From NCBI GenBank assembly GCA_944328495.1, contig CALVHR010000008.1:2385-66384 (forward strand): DNA of 64,000 nt. Direction: 5' to 3'. Both the position numbers and the translations under genes were made by a program. This document shows, piece after piece, positions 58,955-64,000 of the stretch. This DNA is from an uncultured Clostridia bacterium (lineage in GTDB: Bacteria; Bacillota; Clostridia; Christensenellales; Borkfalkiaceae). Under the pieces are notes generated by a model. The model was not told the origin of the DNA. It saw nothing but the letters and a program-made list of their open reading frames with translations, and made no database searches. Every line of letters starts with the position of its first letter. Positions within the stretch are counted from its first letter, which is position 1.

Positions 58955-60445
58955 ATGAAAAAATACGTAGCGGCGCTGGATCAGGGGACGACGAGTTCGC
59001 GTACAATTTTTTTTGATGCGCAAGGGAAGGCGGTTGCGAGTGCGCAACGGGAATTTCGGCAGCTGTATCCGAAGCCGGGTTGGGTAGAGCATGACGCGCG
59101 GGATATTCTGACTTCACAGTTTGAATCTTTTCGTGCGGCTCTGGCATCGGGAGGAATATCGGCGGACGAGATCGCGGCGATCGGGGTAGCCAACCAGCGA
59201 GAAACGGTATTGGTTTGGGACCGTTTTACGGGGAAACCTGTCTATAATGCGATCGTGTGGCAATGCCGACGCACGGCCGAGGTGTGCGAGAGACTCAAAG
59301 CGCGCCATGAAAAATTTGTGTATGAGCGAACAGGGCTGAATATTGATGCGTATTTTTCGGCGTCCAAATTGCAGTGGATCTTAGAGAATGTTCCGTTTGC
59401 GCGCAAGCGTGCGGAACGCGGCGAACTGTTGTTCGGCACGGTCGATACTTTTCTTATCTGGCATCTGACAGGCGGGCGCACGCATGCGACCGATTACAGC
59501 AATGCATCGCGAACGATGTTGTTCAATATTCATACACTGCGCTGGGATGAGGAGCTTTGCAGATTGTTCGACATACCGATGTGTATGCTCCCGGAAGTGC
59601 GTTTTTCCGGGGCGGATTACGGTTTGACGGATAAGGCTGTCTTCGGGGCGGAAATACCCGTTTGCGGTGTAGCGGGCGATCAACAGGCGGCTTTGTTCGG
59701 GCAGCTCTGTGTAGAAAAGGGAACGGTTAAAAACACATACGGGACGGGCTGTTTTCTTTTGATGAATACAGGAAAAGATGCGATCGGTTCGCGCAACGGA
59801 CTGATCACGACCCTGTCGGCTTCGGTCGGGAAGTCGCCCGATTATGTTTTGGAGGGAAGTGTTTTTATTGCCGGAGCGGCTGTGCAATGGCTTCGTGACG
59901 GTGTCGGGTTGGTGGAGTCGGCACAAGAAACGGAAAAACTGGCGCTATCGGTAGAAGATACCGGCGGCGTGATGTTTGTTCCTGCCTTTGTGGGGCTCGG
60001 GGCGCCGCACTGGGATTCGGAGTGCCGCGGCATGATTTACGGCATTACACGCGGGACTGCGCGCGCACACATTGTCCGCGCCGCGCTCGAATCCATTGCG
60101 TTGCAGACGTTTGACGTTGTGCATGCCATGGAGCAAGATACGCGCGTGACGATCCAACGGCTTTGCGCGGACGGTGGAGCGAGTGCGAATGATTTTTTGA
60201 TGCAGTTTCAGGCAGATGTTCTGGGGGCAGAAGTCGCAAGGCCTGCGTCCATGGAGACCACTGCGCGCGGTGTGGCATACCTGGCCGGGCTTGCGTGCGA
60301 ATTCTATAAAGACTTGAACGATTTGCGCGGGTTTGGGGGAGAGATGACGGTCTTTTTTCCTCGTATGGACGACGCGCACCGTGCAGAAAAGTTGTTGGCA
60401 TGGGAAGAGGCGCTCGGCAGGGATATGTACCGAGTGAAAAAATAG
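58955..60445 (+). CDS. glpK: glycerol kinase
   Basis: GAGGAGAGGGGG RBS. ALDQGTTSSR and the FGGY kinase pattern throughout. Confidence 0.95.
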   Translation: MKKYVAALDQGTTSSRTIFFDAQGKAVASAQREFRQLYPKPGWVEHDARDILTSQFESFRAALASGGISADEIAAIGVANQRETVLVWDRFTGKPVYNAIVWQCRRTAEVCERLKARHEKFVYERTGLNIDAYFSASKLQWILENVPFARKRAERGELLFGTVDTFLIWHLTGGRTHATDYSNASRTMLFNIHTLRWDEELCRLFDIPMCMLPEVRFSGADYGLTDKAVFGAEIPVCGVAGDQQAALFGQLCVEKGTVKNTYGTGCFLLMNTGKDAIGSRNGLITTLSASVGKSPDYVLEGSVFIAGAAVQWLRDGVGLVESAQETEKLALSVEDTGGVMFVPAFVGLGAPHWDSECRGMIYGITRGTARAHIVRAALESIALQTFDVVHAMEQDTRVTIQRLCADGGASANDFLMQFQADVLGAEVARPASMETTARGVAYLAGLACEFYKDLNDLRGFGGEMTVFFPRMDDAHRAEKLLAWEEALGRDMYRVKK

Positions 60446-60457
60446 AGAGGAAGAATT

Positions 60458-61093
60458 ATGACGCAAAAGGAAAGAATGAACCGCGGACTCGTATATGATC
60501 CGACGGACGGCGATATCATGCGCGAACAAACGGACTGTCTGGAGCTTTTATACGATTATAACGCGACGCGGCCGCATGAGTTTGCGAGGCGGCAGCAATT
60601 AATGAAAAAGATGTTTGCGGAAGTAGGGGAGAATTGTTATTTTGAACCTCCTTTGCACAGCAATTTCGGGGGCAGGCACGTACATCTCGGCAACAATGTT
60701 TACGGGAATTTCGGAGTAACGTTTGTGGACGACGTGGAGATTTATGTCGGGGACTGCGTTATGTTTGCGCCGAACGTAGTGGTAGCGACGGCGGGGCATC
60801 CGATCCTGCCGGCGTTGCGGCGCAGGGCGATGCAGTTCAACCGCCCGGTGACGATCGGTGCAAATGTCTGGATCGGAGCAAATGCGGTGGTTTTGCCCGG
60901 CGTCACGATCGGGGAAAACAGTGTGATCGGTGCTGGAAGCGTAGTGACAAAGGATATTCCGGCAAACGTAGTGGCGGTAGGCAATCCCTGCCGCGTGTTG
61001 CGTCCGATCGGCGAACATGACCGTGAATATTTTTATAAAAACGAGCGTTATGATTTCGACGTAAGCCAATACGAACGGGAGGAAGAGAAATGA
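60458..61093 (+). CDS. maa: sugar (maltose/galactoside) O-acetyltransferase
   Basis: Mac N-terminal domain ([15 protein letters not shown]) and hexapeptide repeats [28 protein letters not shown]. Confidence 0.85.
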   Translation: MTQKERMNRGLVYDPTDGDIMREQTDCLELLYDYNATRPHEFARRQQLMKKMFAEVGENCYFEPPLHSNFGGRHVHLGNNVYGNFGVTFVDDVEIYVGDCVMFAPNVVVATAGHPILPALRRRAMQFNRPVTIGANVWIGANAVVLPGVTIGENSVIGAGSVVTKDIPANVVAVGNPCRVLRPIGEHDREYFYKNERYDFDVSQYEREEEK

Positions 61094-61917
61094 GCAGAGC
61101 AGACGAAATATTTATAGCGAATTGCAAAGATATACTTGAGAACGGGACGTGGGACACGGACAGGGAGGTGCGCCCTCGGTGGGAGGATGGTACTCCTGCG
61201 CATACAATCAAAAAGTTCGGTCAGGTATCGCGGTACGACCTGCGCGAAGAGTTTCCCATTCTTACCATACGGCGTACGTATCTCAAATCGGCGATAGACG
61301 AGATTCTATGGATCTGGCAGAAAAAGAGCAATAATATCCATGACCTTTCTTCGCATATATGGGACAGCTGGGCGGACGAAACGGGTTCGATCGGGAAGGC
61401 ATACGGCTATCAGCTCGGCATAAAATATACGTTTCCGGAAGGGGAGTTCGATCAGGTGGATAAAGTTCTTTACGATCTGAAAAACAATCCAGCGAGCCGC
61501 CGCATAATCGCGCATATGTATAACGTTGCCGATCTCAAAGACATGCATCTGTATCCCTGTGCCTATTCGATGACGTTTAATGTGACTGGCAACACGCTGA
61601 ACGGAATTTTGAATCAGCGCAGTCAGGATATGCTGGCGGCAAGCAATTGGAATGTGGTGCAGTACAGCATTCTTTTGATGATGTTTGCGCGCGCCTGCGG
61701 GTTGGAGGCAGGGGAGCTGGTACACGTTGTGGCGGACGCGCATATTTACGATCGTCACGTTCCCATTGTTGAAAAGATCTTGAAAAATCCGCAGTATGCG
61801 GCGCCGAAACTGATCGTGGACGATGTCAGAGACTTCTATTCTTTTACGAAAGACAGCTTTCGATTGGAGAACTATAAGTACAATGAATTTACCGATAAAA
61901 TCCCTGTTGCTGTTTGA
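61090..61917 (+). CDS. thyA: thymidylate synthase
   Basis: ATGA overlap with maa. 275-aa ThyA pattern ([20 protein letters not shown], catalytic Cys in LYPCAYS). Confidence 0.9.
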   Translation: MSRADEIFIANCKDILENGTWDTDREVRPRWEDGTPAHTIKKFGQVSRYDLREEFPILTIRRTYLKSAIDEILWIWQKKSNNIHDLSSHIWDSWADETGSIGKAYGYQLGIKYTFPEGEFDQVDKVLYDLKNNPASRRIIAHMYNVADLKDMHLYPCAYSMTFNVTGNTLNGILNQRSQDMLAASNWNVVQYSILLMMFARACGLEAGELVHVVADAHIYDRHVPIVEKILKNPQYAAPKLIVDDVRDFYSFTKDSFRLENYKYNEFTDKIPVAV

Positions 61918-61974
61918 TTTTTAATATTTTCATAGTACTATGTCACACATAAATACGAAAAAAGAGAGGTTATT

Positions 61975-62475
61975 ATGAAAGCAATCGTGGTCGTGGACCG
62001 TAATTGGGGGATCGGAAAGAAAAACGATCTTTTGTTTCGTCTTCCTGCCGATATGAAGCGTTTTCGTGAAATGACGAGCGGTAAAATTGTAGTTATGGGC
62101 AGCAATACACTGCTTTCTTTTCCCGAGGGGAAGCCGCTTAAAAATCGCACGAATATTGTGCTGTGGCCGGGCGGAAAAACACGCGAGGACTGTACGGTCG
62201 TGCAGTCCTTGGAGGAATTGTTTGCGCAAATCAAGCTTTATCCTGCGGACGATGTGTTTGTGGTCGGCGGGGCAATGATGTACCGCACGCTTCTGCCGTA
62301 TTGCAGTGAGGCGATCGTAACAAAGACGGATGCGGACGGCGGAGCGGAAGTCTTTTTTGAAAATTTGGATGCGTCAGAAAATTGGGAGATACAGTCGCAG
62401 AGTGAGCCGATCGAAACGAACGGCTATAACATTCGGTTCACGGTATATAAAAATATTTCGGTGCGAACCTTTTAA
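61975..62475 (+). CDS. folA: dihydrofolate reductase
   Basis: VDRNWGIGKKNDLLFRLPADMKRF and VVGGAMMY motifs. A hairpin TTACGCCG/CGGCGTAA lies downstream. Confidence 0.9.
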   Translation: MKAIVVVDRNWGIGKKNDLLFRLPADMKRFREMTSGKIVVMGSNTLLSFPEGKPLKNRTNIVLWPGGKTREDCTVVQSLEELFAQIKLYPADDVFVVGGAMMYRTLLPYCSEAIVTKTDADGGAEVFFENLDASENWEIQSQSEPIETNGYNIRFTVYKNISVRTF

Positions 62476-62578
62476 ACATTGAATAATTTGATTACGCCGT
62501 TCGGCGTAAATCGAAAAACGGAGAGCCTTGTTTAAACCTGTTTTAGCAGATTTACAATGCCCGTGCGCATATTTGCAA

Positions 62579-62607
62579 TTGCTTTAACGTTAATGTTGTG
62601 TTAAAAT
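62579..62607 (+). promoter_or_regulatory. promoter with the CTTTAACGTTAATG operator-like site in its spacer
   Basis: TTGCTT (62579-62584), 17-nt spacer, TGtTAAAAT (62599-62607). The palindrome core TTAACGTTAA is at 62584-62593. Confidence 0.5.
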
Positions 62608-62677
62608 TTGAATTGAACCATGAGGAAAAGACACATAGGCGTGAGAGTTGTATAATAAGTTGTGAATGGAGGCGGAT

Positions 62678-64000
62678 ATGAAAAATTGCGGGGAAAGCAT
62701 GTTTTTCCGAATTCTGGCGATTATTTTTGCCGTGGTGCTCGGTGCATTCTGTTTTGTCGGATGCGGGGCGGCGCCGGCGGACGACAACGTCGATCAGACG
62801 GGGCAGCTGGGCGGGCAGGAAGAAGGTGAGAATGATTTGCAGGAAGAAACGGCGGAAGATGCGCATTATTACGTTCGAACGGACAAAGATCTGTATTATG
62901 CAGGGGAAAAAATATACGTCACGGCAGGCGGAGGGAAGAATTTGCGTGTCGTGGTTTGCGAACGCGGCGAGGATCCTGCGACGGCGGAACCGCTTGCGGA
63001 ATATCGTACGGATGAAGGCGGAATGCGTTCCGGCATGAGGTATGTGATCGGAAGCGGTCTTGCAGCGGGTGAGTACGAGGTGTCCGTACTGGCGGAAGAT
63101 TCGGAAGGACAAAGAGAAGCGCGGACGGGGTTTGCGGTTGCGGAACAGGAAATGCAGACCGACAAGACGGAATACGGTGCGGGCGAAGATATTGTAGTTA
63201 CCGCAGTCGGCACAGGGACTGCGTGGGTCGGTTTGTACCGTATCGGAGAAACTCCGGGAAAAGGGACGACGTCGATTTGCTGGTATTATGTCGATCAGGA
63301 CAAACACTTATCCGGGCAAAGCTATATCTTGCAGCGTACGGCGGCATATAATCGCAGCGGTTATTCTGCGGATGAGCCGTTCCCTGCGGGGGAATATAAA
63401 GTCGTGCTGTTTGCGAACGATTCGCAATCGAGTGTTGTGAAAGAGATTCCGATAACGATCTTGCCGCAAGAGCCGGGCGAGGCGAGCGCGCCGGTTTCGG
63501 CGGAATATGTACAGGACGAACCGGGGAGCGGGCGCGCGAGCGGAACGCTGACGGTTACGTTTGCGGAAGAGTACAGTGCGTCCGAAGTGGTGGCGTATTG
63601 GGCAAACGACGAAGGAAGGCTGGCAAATTATGATGCATTTGCTCCGCAGAAGGTGTCGGGCAGGGTAATGAAGTTTCGTGCGATTGAAGGTGTTATGATA
63701 CCGACCAAGGCAACGAAGATGCTTTTTTACGGAAAAAATGTGAAAGGGCAGGGAACGGAATGTTTTGAGCTGGTATTGCCTGAAAATTGCGGGCATGCGG
63801 CGGGAGAGATTTTGAGTGAATTCAGCGTGCTCAGTGATCTTCATGTTTCGACAGCGACTTCGCACAGCGGCAAACCGGATGTTTACAATACAAATTTTGA
63901 GAAAGCGTGTCGGGACATCGCGGCGGTGAGCTCGTCCTCCGACGGTATATTCATCGTGGGAGATATAACCAATTCGGGGCTCGCGTCAGAATGGCGCAAG
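62678..64000 (+). CDS. lipoprotein with duplicated N-terminal beta modules and a calcineurin-like metallophosphoesterase domain; 3' end beyond window
   Basis: GGAGG RBS and lipobox FVGC-GA. I translated 441 codons by hand and found no stop. SDLHVS and GDITNSG phosphoesterase motifs lie near the window end. Not in the ORF track because it has no stop. Confidence 0.8.
   Translation, partial: MKNCGESMFFRILAIIFAVVLGAFCFVGCGAAPADDNVDQTGQLGGQEEGENDLQEETAEDAHYYVRTDKDLYYAGEKIYVTAGGGKNLRVVVCERGEDPATAEPLAEYRTDEGGMRSGMRYVIGSGLAAGEYEVSVLAEDSEGQREARTGFAVAEQEMQTDKTEYGAGEDIVVTAVGTGTAWVGLYRIGETPGKGTTSICWYYVDQDKHLSGQSYILQRTAAYNRSGYSADEPFPAGEYKVVLFANDSQSSVVKEIPITILPQEPGEASAPVSAEYVQDEPGSGRASGTLTVTFAEEYSASEVVAYWANDEGRLANYDAFAPQKVSGRVMKFRAIEGVMIPTKATKMLFYGKNVKGQGTECFELVLPENCGHAAGEILSEFSVLSDLHVSTATSHSGKPDVYNTNFEKACRDIAAVSSSSDGIFIVGDITNSGLASEWRK

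Overview
This is a 64-kb chromosomal window from a Firmicutes/Clostridia-like anaerobe. That assignment is an inference from gene content, Gram-positive lipoboxes, T-box regulation and the ylbH-coaD-ylbJ-ylbK synteny. GC looks roughly 50-55% by eye. Coding is dense and mostly housekeeping. No transposase, integrase, phage gene, CRISPR array or rRNA is visible.

Gene order: heterodimeric ABC exporter; Sfp-type PPTase; C_GCAxxG protein; PfkB-family kinase; two flavoproteins; WYL/HTH regulator; gdhA; pgi; ECF sigma/anti-sigma pair; alr-MTHFS-rsmD-coaD-DAHP synthase-pheA operon; ylbJ; patatin-like lipase; rarA; amino-acid ABC importer; TrpR-like YerC; PaaK-IorA-IorB-PaaK-ACT arylpyruvate/arylacetate cluster; CPA2 antiporter; GH13; MATE; Na+/solute symporter; a 1,843-aa repeat-built lipoprotein; Leu T-box + leuA; a decayed glycan/surface-protein patch at 45.7-50.1 kb; DUF4965-type hydrolase; PhnP-like MBL hydrolase; 988-aa SGNH-esterase lipoprotein; tRNA-Glu(CUC); a 6S-like ncRNA candidate; pdxK; SDR; glpK; maa; thyA; folA; and a 3'-truncated metallophosphoesterase lipoprotein.

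Items most worth follow-up:
1. The monocistronic giant lipoprotein (37.9-43.5 kb), built from ~390-aa tandem modules with no domain I can name.
2. A 14-bp palindrome, CATTAACGTTAATG, shared by the promoters of two large surface-lipoprotein genes 9 kb apart.
3. An unannotated structured RNA next to tRNA-Glu.
4. An orphan promoter-to-terminator unit that abuts a 5'-truncated, frameshifted gene.
5. A compositional mosaic inside the ABC importer operon.

I cannot point to a complete, clearly novel multi-gene system. All function calls rest on motif recognition by eye, not database searches.
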